Part shown: positions 20,663 through 33,121 of the stretch, piece after piece | How the letters are laid out: every line of letters starts with the position of its first letter | How positions within the stretch are numbered: position 1 is the stretch's first letter | Assembly: GCA_000091205.1 (NCBI GenBank) | Contig: AP006487.2 | DNA: 64,000 bases | Source of the DNA: Cyanidioschyzon merolae | Lineage: Eukaryota | Strand: one strand, 5' to 3' | Position numbers and translations under genes: made by a program | The notes under the pieces: model-generated | Told to the model about the DNA's origin: nothing | The model's database searches: none | The model's input: the letters and a program-made list of their open reading frames with translations, nothing else

Positions 20663-23600
20663 AACCGCTGCGAGTCGCGAGAGCACCAATGTTGGCCCCT
20701 TCTTTCCATGGAGACCGGCAGGATGCAGTGCTGGTTGCGGGCGCGGTTTGTAGCCAGATGACGTGCTGTTCGGGCAATACAGTCTTTGGAGTTGCAAAAA
20801 GCAGTCCGCTGTACTCTTGCAGGTGACTTTTAATGCTGTATTAAGATGCACGGGAAGTGGACCCATCTTAAATGCCTCATCCCTGCTGCGAAGAACAAAG
20901 AACGGCATCGTGTGCACTCGTTGAGGCGATGCAGCTTCGCAGATTCTAGCGAGAATATGATTGTTCTTGAGACGATCGCGAGCTCCTCATAGAGCCCTTC
21001 AGAGCTCGAGTTTCTCTTGAGACTTGCTGTATTCTAATATATCGCTGTGACGCCTATTGCGAGCTGAGATGTGGAAGCGAGCGAGTATATACTTAATAAT
21101 ATTGACTAATGGAACTCCAATCTTGTTTTTCAATTGCCAAGAATAATCATCCGCAGTGTGTATATACGATGCGTGAATCTTGCTGTGTCGATGAGCATTA
21201 GCGTAAAAATGCCTTGCCCCAGGTGAGTATCCAATACTCTCTCTTCTGCATACTGATGTTTTTACCGGAATTCTTCTGCGTATCAGCACGATGCTCGCTC
21301 TGAGTACGAAACGATTACGTCGAAACCTCGTCCGCCACAAAAGCCGCTGAAACCTCCCGAAGCACGTGCCATTTCCGGTAAACGACCGTGGCGTTAATGC
21401 CGCGGGGCATAAAGAGCTCGCGTGCATTTTTGCTCGAGGAAAGACTCCATCGCGAGCCTACCCGCCTCGATATCCCCGCCATCTGATGCTCGGTCAGCTT
21501 CCCGTACACCATCTCGAGCGCCCGGCTCTGTTTCACGCTTTACTTCTCTACCAGTATCAGCGTGCACCCGTGCTCGCCATGCACGTGTGTCGCCCTGAGC
21601 GCATCGGTAGGACTCGCACAGAATCCATTCCTGTACTCGTTCTACGCGCTCATCGAAGGCGCAGGTGTGCAGTCTTTCCATGCATAGCATGTCCAGCGCT
21701 ATCGGCTTGCGCCCAGCAACTCTACCTATGGTTCATTTCCTTGACCATTTCGATGAAGAGTTTCTCGAAAGCGCGATTATTCCTTCTGTAGACACGAAAA
21801 TGTTGGTGATCCCGACACGGTCTCATGTAAACCTGCGAAAGCTCTTTCGCATGAGCCATATTATGGATGAGTAATATCTGGATGCAGCGCACAAAGCATC
21901 CGCCTCTATTCGAGGCTGCCACCACTGCGTCTATGTGGGTCTTGGCGCCATTCTTGTACTTAATCGCGTCTCCTGGTGACCTTCATACCTGACTCCAGAT
22001 AATATCGAGCCTTGAGGAAGCTTAGCAGGGGCGCTTGTGTTCCTTTTGAGGTCTTTGGTTGCCTCCTCTTGAATTGGAGAAACGGCTATGGCCATGACAC
22101 CCTTCAAACAGGGAACAAAGCTTACCACGAAGTCTTTCTCATCATTTGTCTTGAACGGTTGAGAATGGGGCAACTTGGTCAGTTCCGGCAAAGGTATCTT
22201 GAAGTACATGCAAGCGAATATTCAGGGAGTCTCCATTGTCACAGTAAACTTGCGTACATTTTCCCTGTAGACGAGAAACCTTGAACGAGCTCGGCCAGCG
22301 CTCTTCTCGAAGTCATTTGAATGCTTCTTGCTTACAGAGACCAGCAGCAACTAACTACTCGGGCCATGCAATTTAGTAAATAAGTGTCCACCGTGGTATA
22401 CTGGGTCTTTACGTGACGTGCGTGGACCCCATCCAGTAGGCGCTGTATCTCACTTTTAAGAACAGTCTCCCCGATAATGTGTTCCAGTAGGTAGCCCATG
22501 AAAACGGTCCCAGCATTACCTTTCCGCTCCGCGAGTACCTCATTCCTGTCCTTCGTCGTCCTCTTTTCGGAAGTATCTTTCTCATATTGGTCCGGGAGAT
22601 TCTTCTTCTTCCCTTTTCCTTTGGGTTGCTTCAAGGATTTTGTAACTGTACCCCATATCCGTTTTCATCTCGAGACTAGATCATACTCGGTGGACGCTCG
22701 GACTGCATCTCGCCTGTTCTACACATGTGCATAATATTTCTCATGCACCTGTTCGTCGTGATCTCGGTTAAGAGCACGCGCATGGACCGAAGCACGCTTT
22801 TCCGGTCTCTGTTGCGCGCGGATAGAGAAGCAACACATCAGTCCACGGCTGGCAAACGTTAAGAGCAACCGGTCGACGAAAGATTTGTGGAAAACGTTTG
22901 GTGAAAAGGGTGCAAACGACTCGTCTTTTGATCCGTGAGCGTGAAACTGGCTTTAGACAACGGAGGCGAATCCTTCGCCTGGATGGAGCTGCGTAAGAGA
23001 GGCTGGCACGAAGAGCAGCCCCTTGCGCATCCCACCTGCGCACTTGATGAGCGCTTGAGTGCTGTTGGAGCTTGCGTTGACTGGGAGCAAAAAAGAGGAA
23101 TTTTAAAAGAAAAGCCACGAATTTCTTCGAAGAAGAATTTGGTATAGAACAATGCTGTCTGTTTGGCGAGCAGTAGGCGAACGTATGATTGAATCGCCGC
23201 CATGGCTGCATTCGTCGCAAAGCTCGCTTGTCTTGTTATACCGAACAGCGATTTGCTCTTCTTTGACCATCCATATATTGCCCAACAACTTCTCCAACAC
23301 AAATTCCCATCAACTGAAACGCACAATTGTGCCTCAAGTAACATGCGTTCACGTTTCAGTACGAAATTGATTATACGTGTTGTTCAGTGCGTGACGGTCT
23401 CCCATTGAAGTCTGCCATTTCTCCTCTGTCCGTGGCTCTTCATCACTATTCGTATCAACGGTAAGGAAATTTCGCATCCAGTGGCTCCTTTGATAGCACT
23501 TCTCAGAGAACGTATAGAAAGGAATGGAGTGACGAGGAGACTGCTGCGAACACAGAGTTCAATAATTTCTGTTTTGGGAGCACCATGTTGAGGATTCTTA

Positions 23601-23944
23601 CTGCGAGAAGGGTGGTTCTTCAACCTGCTGACCGAAGAATCACTGAACTGCACATGTGAATCCGTTTCTTTCAAGCTTGCATTGAGTGTATAAAGCCCTT
23701 CCGTAACCGTTCCCCTATCTGCAGGATGTACACCTTATGCCGAATGCCTGAAAAAACAAAAACCAAACGGGTGCGTGTTGGTGCATGTGTTCTAGAATTC
23801 TCTGTTCTGTATCTAACGCCGCACATATACCAAAACGTTCAAGCGGAGACTCAGTGCGGCACGCGGAATGCAGAGAGGCTCTGAAAATGAAGCGCATCTT
23901 CAATTTAACTCCAATCCTGGATTCGAATTTCTGAATGAAATTAC

Positions 23945-25147
23945 TCAGGCGCTTGGCCACCATCGTTGGCCATCTTTTCCGAGATCGTGAAGAACTGTTC
24001 CGGCCGGAGCCGGAGGTCCCAGAGGGTTCGGTGCCGTTGATGGATCAATAGGAAGCAGCGAACACTGGGCAATCTGTTGAAGCAAGTGATCAACAAGAAC
24101 GAGCGCGACCATGGCTTCTACCATCGGAACAGCACGAGGCAACACACAGGGATCGTGTCTGCCCTTCGCGCGAAGGACTACTTGCTCACCGGCACGCGTC
24201 ACTGTATTCTGTTCGCGTGATATCGTAGAGGTCGGTTTGAAGGCGACGCGACATACAATGTTCTCTCCGTTCGAGATGCCTCCTTGAATACCTCCGGAAC
24301 GGTTCTCCCTCGCTCGCGTCCTACCATTGCTATCTATATAGAAGGGATCGTTGTGCTCTACACCCGTTAGCAAAGTGCCCCCGAAACCCGAGCCTACTTC
24401 AAAGCCTTTCGATGCTGGAAGCGACATGAGGGCTTTTGCGAGTTCAGCTTCGAGCTTGTCAAACACCGGTGATCCTAGCCCGGCAGGGACGTTCCTTGCA
24501 ACGCATTCAACAACACCGCCGACACTGTTACCTGTTCGGCGAATTTCATCGATAAGCTGGATCATTTGAGATGCTGCCTCTGAATCAGGGCAGCGAACGA
24601 TGTTCGATTCGATTTGCTCGTACGAAACCACGTTGGGATCAATATTCGCTGCCTCGATATGCTTCACGCTTTTCACGTAGGCAAGAATTTGTGTTCCCGC
24701 ATATGTCCGAAGGATCTTTTTGGCAATGGCGCCTGCAGCAACACGTCCTATTGTTTCCCGAGCTGATGAACGTCCACCGCCAGCGACGGCGCGTATGCCG
24801 TACTTTGCATCATAGGTTGCATCCGCGTGCGATGGTCGATAGCTTACCTTCATTGCCTCATAATCCTGAGACCTTTGGTCTGTGTTTCGAACAACGATAG
24901 CTATAGGTGTACCCATAGTGACACCGTCGACGACGCCAGAGAGGATCTCCGCTTCATCTGCTTCGTTCCGTGGTGTCGTGAGCCTAGACTGTCCCGGTCT
25001 ACGCCTGTTTAACTCAATCTGAACGTCTTCTATAGTAAGTGGCAGCCGTGGTGGGCAACCATCAATGACAACTCCGACTCCACCACCGTGGGATTCACCA
25101 AAAGTCGTTATTCGAAATATCCTCCCAAAAGAGTTGCCGAGACCCAT
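23945..25147 (-). CDS. Chorismate synthase (AroC), 401 aa from the conserved start
   Basis: '[33 protein letters not shown]' is the canonical chorismate synthase N-terminus, and the fold is conserved throughout ('[10 protein letters not shown]…[10 protein letters not shown]…'). The ORF is open for 44 more codons upstream to 25279. That could be an N-terminal extension or non-coding. Confidence 0.88.
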   Translation of the reverse strand: MGLGNSFGRIFRITTFGESHGGGVGVVIDGCPPRLPLTIEDVQIELNRRRPGQSRLTTPRNEADEAEILSGVVDGVTMGTPIAIVVRNTDQRSQDYEAMKVSYRPSHADATYDAKYGIRAVAGGGRSSARETIGRVAAGAIAKKILRTYAGTQILAYVKSVKHIEAANIDPNVVSYEQIESNIVRCPDSEAASQMIQLIDEIRRTGNSVGGVVECVARNVPAGLGSPVFDKLEAELAKALMSLPASKGFEVGSGFGGTLLTGVEHNDPFYIDSNGRTRARENRSGGIQGGISNGENIVCRVAFKPTSTISREQNTVTRAGEQVVLRAKGRHDPCVLPRAVPMVEAMVALVLVDHLLQQIAQCSLLPIDPSTAPNPLGPPAPAGTVLHDLGKDGQRWWPSA

Positions 25148-26389
25148 GAACAACTCACGAGCGCAAACCAGCTTCCCCGGAAGCGATCTTCCATTTCTGT
25201 GGAGAGGAACTCGGTAGTCTGTTGCTGTCGCCGCTGCTGCAGGCCGCCCAGGGCAGGCAAGAGGGGAAAGAACGAACATGGAAGCAGCGGGGCGTCGGTA
25301 CTGTCTACTAGAATGCCTCAGCTCGGGAGACGCCTTCCTTCCACCACGAGCGACTTATTGGACCAGTCAACGACTTTGGCCTATGCGTGGCACAGATTGC
25401 TTGTCTGAAAATCCTCTCACGAATACCCTGACACACGAAACTTCGCTTTGGAAAGAGTGGTATGACCAAACACATTGCGAGAAACATTTTATGTCCGTCC
25501 GCAGTTCGGCGGCGATGACTACACCCATATCAGATTAAAATATGACGGGTCCCCGCGCGCAGGCGTGTCTGCTGAAGCTTCAGTTTGTTATGCGCGTCAC
25601 AAACAGCTGCATTCGACGGCTTTTTCTGTGCCTGATGCCTTTTACCCGTCACCTCAGCGGCTTTAAATATGCCAGACTCCTTTCAGATCCGTTGTCAGCA
25701 AGCGAAGGAGTTGATGGCAGCGTGAAAGTCTCGATTTCGCTGCTTCCGGCTGTTGTCGACGCATCTCATGTATAGCTAGTGTTTGCGATCCACGCTTCGC
25801 TTATGATGCTCATGTACTTTGTATACAACCTCGTTGCGTTCGTCGTAGTAGAGGCACTTGGTTGTGGTTGTCTAATCCCCTAGGTATACCACATCTCGTT
25901 CTCTGAGGTCCGTCGTGTGACGCATGCACGCATGCTGCATCGCTCGACATATGCCTGTCACCGGTGCATCGGAAGGCTGGCCACGACATCATCCTTCGTT
26001 CCCGTGACAGGCACCGTACTCTAGAACCATGTTCTTCTTCTCGGACACGCCTTGGCGAGTACTCCGCCCACCGCAAACTCGAGTGCACGCTTTCCCATTC
26101 GATCAAAGGCTCGGTCAACGGGATTTTGCAGTCGATGAATCAAACACCGCAAGGAAAATCTAGCTTGGAGATCAAGTCGTGAACTCTGGATCCATCGACT
26201 CGCACATCGTGGAAAGCTGTGGCGTTCTTTGCAATGGAATCGATCCCTGCGATGACTTAGTCCCGACTCCAAGGCTCTTTTCTGTATAAACAGAAGCATC
26301 GGGAGCCTCTGGAAGCATACTGCGTTGCAGCAATCACGATGCTGCTGTCGAATCTTATTTTATGGATAACCAGGAAGAGAGAAGAACTT

Positions 26390-26810
26390 ATCTTTCGAAC
26401 GTCAACGGTACTTGATTGACGTGAAAATTTCTGTTAGCTTCCGGTATGCGCTTGTGAAGAATTTGCCAGGGGAAGATTTCGAGTAGTTTTGTTCATCGAT
26501 CCAACGAAGCGAGGTGCCGCGTACAGGCGTTGCCAAGAAGCACGAAGATCGTGAACATGAAGAATGCGTGATTTGAGCATGGTACACGTAAAGAACGGAG
26601 ACTAATAGATGCTTGTACTTACTTATGGAACGGATACTGTTATCGGTTAGTTTCCAAAACTATTTTTTACGGCATGAAAAAATCATCTGGGTTCCGGGCA
26701 TGTTACGATTTGCACCCGCTGGGAGTCGAAAGAGCCATTTTGAGAAGACGACCCAGAATCCTAAAAGTACTTATGAATGCGTAAGCCGTTTTGATGCACT
26801 TATAATATAG
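26390..26810 (+). repeat. Second dispersed short-repeat family (other copies ≈12230–12730, 39180–39560, 44800–45200, 49640–49930)
   Basis: Shared blocks 'CTTTCGAATGGAAT…', 'GAAGAATGCGTGATTTGAGC…', 'GAGCGTCGCGAATCATCTT…GTGAC…AAGAATCCT…ATGAATGC.TAAGC'. Copies are 70–85% similar and fragmentary. Confidence 0.5.
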
Positions 26811-27185
26811 AGGTATTACAAGAAAGTTCCGACAAAGAAAAGAAACGCAGGAACCAGGTAATCAGTTCAGTGATCCATTTTAAACTGACACGAGTGTACG
26901 GACCCTCTCGGTGCAGTACTTACTGCTTGCGCTTGCTGCGAAGCATTATACGCCAAACACATCGGTTTCCCTATAGATACAGAAAGAACTTGTCATAAAC
27001 GTTCTGCATTCGGTTCGAATGTGGTTTTACTGAGACGGAGCCGGGTCTCATCGTCATCATGGAATTCGGCAGGCTGCTTGCATGGCAGCTTTGCCATAAG
27101 CGGTGTGGAACCTTGAAGGCGCACGTAGTGCTGCATCTTTTTATCGAGTAGTCGTGCTCACGGGAGCAAGCCTTGCTTGTAACCC

Positions 27186-28193
27186 ATGCCTACGAGCGTT
27201 TCTGTTCAGAACTCCTTGGTAACTGCGGGTGAACTTAGACCTACGCTACCCGCTCTTGAAGCTTGGAGAACTGTTCCGCTCGAGACACTAGTTCGAGCTG
27301 CGAGCGATCGGCTGTGCCTCTGGGACTACCAGAGGCATGCCCCGGCGCTTACTTTCTTCCAAGTCTGGCAAACAAGACTCTTACTGCAAAATGTTTACAT
27401 GAATCGGGACCCCTACGTTTTGCCTCTTCGCGGAGCTGCGGTTCTTAGTCTTAGGCGGCTCTGGGGACAGAACAGCTCGGATACGCCACGACTGCGACTT
27501 TCTGCGCGCCTGCGGCTGCATCCCACCGAAGGTGCCTGCGATGGCGAGGCTGCGGATCAGGACAGTGGCAACGACTTTGGTTGGAGTGGAAGCAAACAGA
27601 CTTGGAGACAAAGATGGCTGCCGCCTTTTCTCAACTGGCACCGTGCAGGCGAACGTAGGTCTGTAGGAGGAGACTGGGACAGCAACCGCAAGAGCTCCTT
27701 AGTAAACACGGAGCAATTTAGGCTGCCTGGGCGGCTGTATTTGAAGCTAGGAACAACGATTGACCTGCCGGGTCTCATGCTTTGGGAAAGTGCTGCAGAG
27801 CGAAATCGGCGGCGTTTGTATTCCACAGCTCTACGAGAACGTTCATCGACCTGGTGGGGCTTCGAATGGGACTTCATGCGATGTCTTGGAGCGTTCCAAG
27901 GATGCGCTGCTAGTGCAAATCGAAAATGGATGAACTCTAACGCCCAGCTCTCGCATTGGTTCCTACACGCTTCTTGGATTCCTACGAATTCGGATGCACC
28001 GTGGCACCTTGTTGCTGGTGTACAGCACAGATTTCGCGTTGCGAAACCGAGAAAATCGCATCGTAGGAGTCGCCGATCGTATTCCGCCCCAACGAAGGAG
28101 ACTGGTTTCTTTCAACTCACACTCAGGCTAGGATTTGACCTAATGCGCAGTGAAATATACCTGACTCCGGTCGCTGATGGCACGTACTTCTAG
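27186..28193 (+). CDS. Hypothetical Arg/Trp-rich protein (335 aa)
   Basis: A 1-kb ORF is unlikely by chance at 50% GC and there is no comparable antisense ORF. No recognised domain. Confidence 0.3.
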   Translation: MPTSVSVQNSLVTAGELRPTLPALEAWRTVPLETLVRAASDRLCLWDYQRHAPALTFFQVWQTRLLLQNVYMNRDPYVLPLRGAAVLSLRRLWGQNSSDTPRLRLSARLRLHPTEGACDGEAADQDSGNDFGWSGSKQTWRQRWLPPFLNWHRAGERRSVGGDWDSNRKSSLVNTEQFRLPGRLYLKLGTTIDLPGLMLWESAAERNRRRLYSTALRERSSTWWGFEWDFMRCLGAFQGCAASANRKWMNSNAQLSHWFLHASWIPTNSDAPWHLVAGVQHRFRVAKPRKSHRRSRRSYSAPTKETGFFQLTLRLGFDLMRSEIYLTPVADGTYF

Positions 28194-28900
28194 ACGGAGC
28201 AAACTGCTTCAAATATCGGCTCAGATTCTGGGACTTTTCCAGCACATCGGGAATCTATTTCTTAGGGAAGCTCTGTTCCCTCTTTGCGATGTGGTATACT
28301 TGTTTTGCACATCCAAGGAGCAGCGTCGCTTCATACGCGCAAGACCGCATTATGGAGCCGTGATGTCATGTTGCCCGGCAGCGTCCACGTCTCATACCGT
28401 CGCTGAATGGAAACGCGCCGTCGAAGGCCAATGTAAAGCGCTTCTTGTAACTGTGCGGAGGAGTATTGCCTTTTCTTTGATAGGATCGAATCGCTGAATG
28501 CACCCTTTCTCCGTCGAATGCGCAGATGCTGTTGAGATCAGAGTGTGGTATAGTACCCGTAGCCTGGCGCCGCGCTCCGGGCAACGATGCTGCAAAACCA
28601 CCGCTGACTCCATTTTTGCAGAGCTCCGCGAGTGTTGGTGACGAGCTTTCATGCAACTATGATAGGTGCTTGTTGCATTGGGACTGCGAACTAATCAGCC
28701 GTAGCCAGGGCAGGTTGCGTATGCTCTGGCGGCTGCCGTGCATACTAACCAAGGCTTCAGCAACGGGATCATGGTGCGCTTTCTGGCAAATATGGAGAGT
28801 TTTCGGTGGTTTGCCTGGGAAACCCGATTCGACCAGACAGCAGCGAAGAGAAGTCTAGTGAGCATGCGCGGAAGTGACCCGCTTGTGTTATGCACCAAGG

Positions 28901-29317
28901 CTACCATTTCTTCGCTGCGAGATAAAGTTCGCTTTCTTTTATGGTTCTGATAAGCTCTCGAAATGCGGGGAAGCCAAAGAGAAGAACGAAAGCTGCCCAT
29001 CCCGCTGCTCGGAGTCCCGCGCCACTATCCCAACGACAACGTCGACGAATGTAGGAAAAAGCAGCTATACTCTCGATGAAGTGCGCAATGAGGGCGCCCC
29101 AAAAAACCGTCCCAACCAGAACAGGTGATCTGAGAGTCCGTATACAGATGAAGGAAGCTAGGCGTTTCAGTGTCCGAAAACGTCCAGCTGCGACTGAGCT
29201 GGGCTGTGGAGCTGACAAACTATAATAGCCTACCGTGAGCAGGAGCAAGCCCGCAACAAGCAACCATGGCAACACGCCTCTTGGAGGGTGCGGTCGAGGC
29301 ACAGTTGGTTGGGTCAT
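28901..29317 (-). CDS. Hypothetical small membrane protein (138 aa)
   Basis: ORF with two or three hydrophobic helices (LPWLLVAGLLLLTVGYY; AAFVLLFGFPAF). No family assignment. Confidence 0.3.
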   Translation of the reverse strand: MTQPTVPRPHPPRGVLPWLLVAGLLLLTVGYYSLSAPQPSSVAAGRFRTLKRLASFICIRTLRSPVLVGTVFWGALIAHFIESIAAFSYIRRRCRWDSGAGLRAAGWAAFVLLFGFPAFRELIRTIKESELYLAAKKW

Positions 29318-29799
29318 ATTTGCTAGAAGCGAAAACGTCGCTAAACAAGAAGAAAGCTATCGCAAGTGCGCAGACGATTGAATCGCAAGAAGTAACGACT
29401 CTTGACGATCTTTTCCACCAGCTGAGCTTCTTTTCCTCAAGAAATAGAGCCTAGCTTGCTCAAGGTAGTGGAGGCGTTGTCTAGGGCGCTTTCTGCTTGC
29501 GCCAGACGCACCGCTCAGTTGGGATTATTGCCGCCGCAGGTACACCTCCGTTCCTTTTCCGAGGATATGCAAAATGCCACTACGGTTTGTAGTCGTCCAC
29601 GAACCGGTTGCATGGAAGCGCTAGGCTTTTGCGCAGTACGCACAGAAGACGGTAGTGTTGTCCGCTCTGACTGGCTCAGTCTCAGCGAATCATAGGCATA
29701 TGGCGCGCAGGAGAGAGCATTACCACTTGTAAGTTGCTATAGTCATTCAAATCAATTGTTTTCACCCGAGCTGCGATGTATAGCCGGAGATCGTAATCA

Positions 29800-31211
29800 T
29801 GATGCAGTGTAGAGTACAGACTATAGACGAGCTGCCTGGTGGATCTGTTCTTCACTGAAAAGTGCATGGAGGTCTGCATTCCTCCTTCAGCTCAGTTATG
29901 CAACAGGACTCAGATGGCTGAGGAACTCTGAAACAACCAAGAATACGCGCTCCGCGCCAAAAGCCGATATTCTCGAAGACTGGATGCGGTCAATGGTAGA
30001 AAACCACCCGTTGATCACCTGTTCTGGAAGGAAATAGCGACGATAGTAGCCACCATGGGCGACTCTGTTTCCCACCAGCTTGTTCGTGTGGTGCTGAAAA
30101 CTCTAGGGTACAGTCGCTAAAGAGAGTCCGGGTCCACGCATGGCCATCTTCCACCGGCACCAAAATGGCAGCGTTCCTGGAACTCAGCGATCAGTATGAC
30201 GTCCACGGACGTCGGTTTGTTTTTTCCCAGTCGATGCGGCTTCCTTCGGACGAGGCGGTCGGTGCGTTTATGGGTATCCTCGGAGATGGCGTCTGTGCTA
30301 TGTACGAACGAACTTGTAGAGAACGAGCATGTCATCAACTGTTCGAGCTGCAGTGGATTCTTTTGGCGGCCTCAGTTTCGCTCATAGACAAGACACATAC
30401 AAGAGCAGCAACGAATTCGTCGAATCACTGAAGACGGTTCTCTGACGTCTTCTGACAACCCTCTGTTGGACAACGTGACATTTCACGATTCTTCTTGCGT
30501 TCGAGTCTCTGCAGATTCTGTTGGAATAGAGCCGCTTTTCATTCCTCCGTACGCGCCGTAGTTTAACGCCATCGAAGAAGTCTTTCTTATCGTCGAACGT
30601 GGTGATCGCTCCACTGGGCGAACCGCTGAAGCTTTGAGCATATGCTGACACAGGAGCATACTCCTTCGTTGTTTTTCAAATCCTTCTGCCATCGGGAAGG
30701 TCCTCAACTGAGCTCAAAAAACAAGTGCGTTCATTTTAAAAAATAAATAATCCAAGGAACAGTTATGGACATTGAAGTCGAGGATTCTAGAGGCCTGGTG
30801 TCGCCAGGTTCGAAAAAGAAACGAAAAATCCTCTTCTCGCCGACCATCGAGCGAAGGACAGCATATGCTGAAAAAAAAGAGAAAATGAGGTGAGATAGGC
30901 GAGAAAAAGTGTATACCCGACGGGACGATGACGAGACTGTAGTGGCACAGAGGGCGCGAGTTCGAGGACTCCTTGCACAAATGAGCTCCACCAGCTGCAG
31001 TAAATGCTTGGAGTCCGTGAACCGAGATTATAAGGCTGGCACCACTATCAGACGATGTCTGGTGCTATAGACGAGACCCGCGGAGCTGACGCGAGCCAAA
31101 TTTGTGGCGCAGCCTCGTAGGGTCAAGGTATACAAGTAGACGCTGACGCCGACAGTAGGGAGCGGGTCCAAAATGTCTGGAAAGCGTCTACGAATGGATA
31201 TGTACATATCT
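29800..31211 (+). mobile_element. Composite decayed repeat, copy 5
   Basis: ~97% identical to copy 7 over ~780 bp (29850–30645 vs 58530–59320). 'PVDHLFWKEIATIVATMGDSVSHQLVRVVLKTLGYSR' (HTH_Tnp_Tc3/IS630-like). 'GIEPLFIPPYAP*FNAIEEVF' (DDE C-terminal motif with a stop). Tail unit from 30716 with 'MDIEVEDSRGLVSPGSKKKRK' and a degenerate RuvC-III region. Confidence 0.6.
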
Positions 31212-31447
31212 TGTATTGTAGCGGAGCATTTCCTCTTCCACTGACGATGTATGTGTAAGAACTGTGTTCGCACGTTGCTGTTCATCACAACATCCCGTGC
31301 AAGAGTCGTAGGCCGCAAATGAGGTGATCGCAGTTGTATACAAATTTGTGTAATATCCACAAAAGGTCGCCTGCGCACGCACCCGACTGGGAATTTGAAC
31401 GTCGCGCTTCGTTTCCTGTAATACACCAGGATCGTTTCGAACTTTTC

Positions 31448-33121
31448 ATGGGTATTCAAGGCCTCTTGCCCATCATAAAACCAGTCTGCTTCCGCAGACA
31501 CATATCCGACTTTGCTCAGAAGCGGGTCGGCGTAGATGGCTACAGCTGGTTGCACAAGAGTCTCGCTGGCTGTTGTATAGCGTTGGACCGGAGTAATGGC
31601 ACGACAGCTCCACGCGTAGAGCGTACAGAACGTTTTGTTGAAAATTTTCTGGGTCGCGTGCGTATGCTGCAACACTACGGCGTCTCGCCTTTGATTGTTT
31701 TCGACGGGGGAAGAATACCTGCTAAAAGTGAGACGGAAAAACGTCGAGCAACGCTCAGAGCAAAGAATCTGGAGCTTGCTACGCAAGCGCTGGCTCGTGG
31801 TGAAATAGAACTCGCTCAGAGCTTTTTGCAACGCTCTATCGACGTGACCCCTGAAATGGCTTACGAAGTTATTAAAGCTCTTCGGAAAGAAAATTTTGAT
31901 TTTCTCGTCGCGCCGTATGAAGCAGACGCTCAGCTGGCGATGCTTTCTAGAGAAAATCTCATCGACCTCGTTATCACTGAAGACTCAGATTTAATCGTCT
32001 ATGGCGCAAGGAGTATTCTGTTCAAGCTAGATCGCTATGGCTACGGTGACCATGTCGAGCAGAGAAGCCTCGGAGCAGTCACAAATCCGAGTTTACTGAC
32101 GTTCAATCCCGATATGCTTCTCTATATGTGTGTCCTCGCAGGATGTGATTTCTTCGCTGGAATTCCCAGGACAGGAATCCGCAGGGCCCATGCCCTTGTC
32201 CAAAAGTATCGCAAACTAGACAACATTTTGCTCGCTGTGCGAAGCAAGAGACTGTCCGAGGATTATGAAGCGTTCGAGCGAGGCTTTCGAAAAGCAATCA
32301 CTGCTTTCCGTTACCATCGCGTATTCGACCCCAGAACTCGTCAGGTAGTGCATCTGAATTCGCTACCATCAGCGATGCAAAGCGATGAACTAGACGGTAT
32401 TCTTGGGCCGGCTATAGAGGCTGGAATTGCAACCAGGATCGCCGCAGCCGACCTATGCCCCATCCAGAAAATGCCATTCGACAAAGGTGTCCCAGTTGAG
32501 GACGTTCAAAATTCGATTATCGAGCATCTGCCTACCAGCAGACGGGCGCTTTCGCGTGCAGGCGGGCGCGTATTCTGGGAGCAAGTTCAAGTTGAACTGA
32601 TGCAAGCCTCGGCCCGAAACCGGCCGCACCAATCGCCGACTCAGGTGCCGCTGCCAAAGAAAAGAGCCGCGATTGGGGTAGGCTCACGACCAGTCTCGAT
32701 TGCGGTCTCCGCCGAAGAGCGCACGACCTCGATTCCTGAGCTAGACGTGCAGCCGGGTCCAAGCACAGCATTTCATGAATTAAGCGTGGGTGAAGTCGTG
32801 ACTTTTACCCAGAGTCAGGTTAGTGAACGCTCAGTTCATAGAGGACAAGGCCCCGCGCTCTCTGAAGACCAGCCGCTCTGCTCTCTATGTTCTTCCCTGA
32901 ACTCTCAACCAGCAACTGCTACACACATATTGAAAGAGCCTGGCACTTCTCCTTCCAACGAATCACGCATCCGTTTCCCTCAAGAAACTTCGGGAAGCTC
33001 GCCTCTCGTGGAGTGTACCCCTGAAGCTTCGTGTGCCAGCGCATACAGTCCTTCCGTGGCATCCACGACGTCTCCGTGGCGGACAAACTCACCCGTTGTA
33101 TGGCACGAAACCCATGACTAG
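31448..33121 (+). CDS. EXO1: Exonuclease 1 (XPG/Rad2-family 5'-3' exonuclease), 557 aa
   Basis: 'MGIQGLLPIIKP' XPG-N start; conserved XPG-I region 'VAPYEADAQLAMLS…DLVITEDSDLIVYG'; H3TH region; divergent Ser/Pro-rich C-terminus. The ORF is open from 31334, but the conserved Met is at 31448. Confidence 0.85.
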   Translation: MGIQGLLPIIKPVCFRRHISDFAQKRVGVDGYSWLHKSLAGCCIALDRSNGTTAPRVERTERFVENFLGRVRMLQHYGVSPLIVFDGGRIPAKSETEKRRATLRAKNLELATQALARGEIELAQSFLQRSIDVTPEMAYEVIKALRKENFDFLVAPYEADAQLAMLSRENLIDLVITEDSDLIVYGARSILFKLDRYGYGDHVEQRSLGAVTNPSLLTFNPDMLLYMCVLAGCDFFAGIPRTGIRRAHALVQKYRKLDNILLAVRSKRLSEDYEAFERGFRKAITAFRYHRVFDPRTRQVVHLNSLPSAMQSDELDGILGPAIEAGIATRIAAADLCPIQKMPFDKGVPVEDVQNSIIEHLPTSRRALSRAGGRVFWEQVQVELMQASARNRPHQSPTQVPLPKKRAAIGVGSRPVSIAVSAEERTTSIPELDVQPGPSTAFHELSVGEVVTFTQSQVSERSVHRGQGPALSEDQPLCSLCSSLNSQPATATHILKEPGTSPSNESRIRFPQETSGSSPLVECTPEASCASAYSPSVASTTSPWRTNSPVVWHETHD

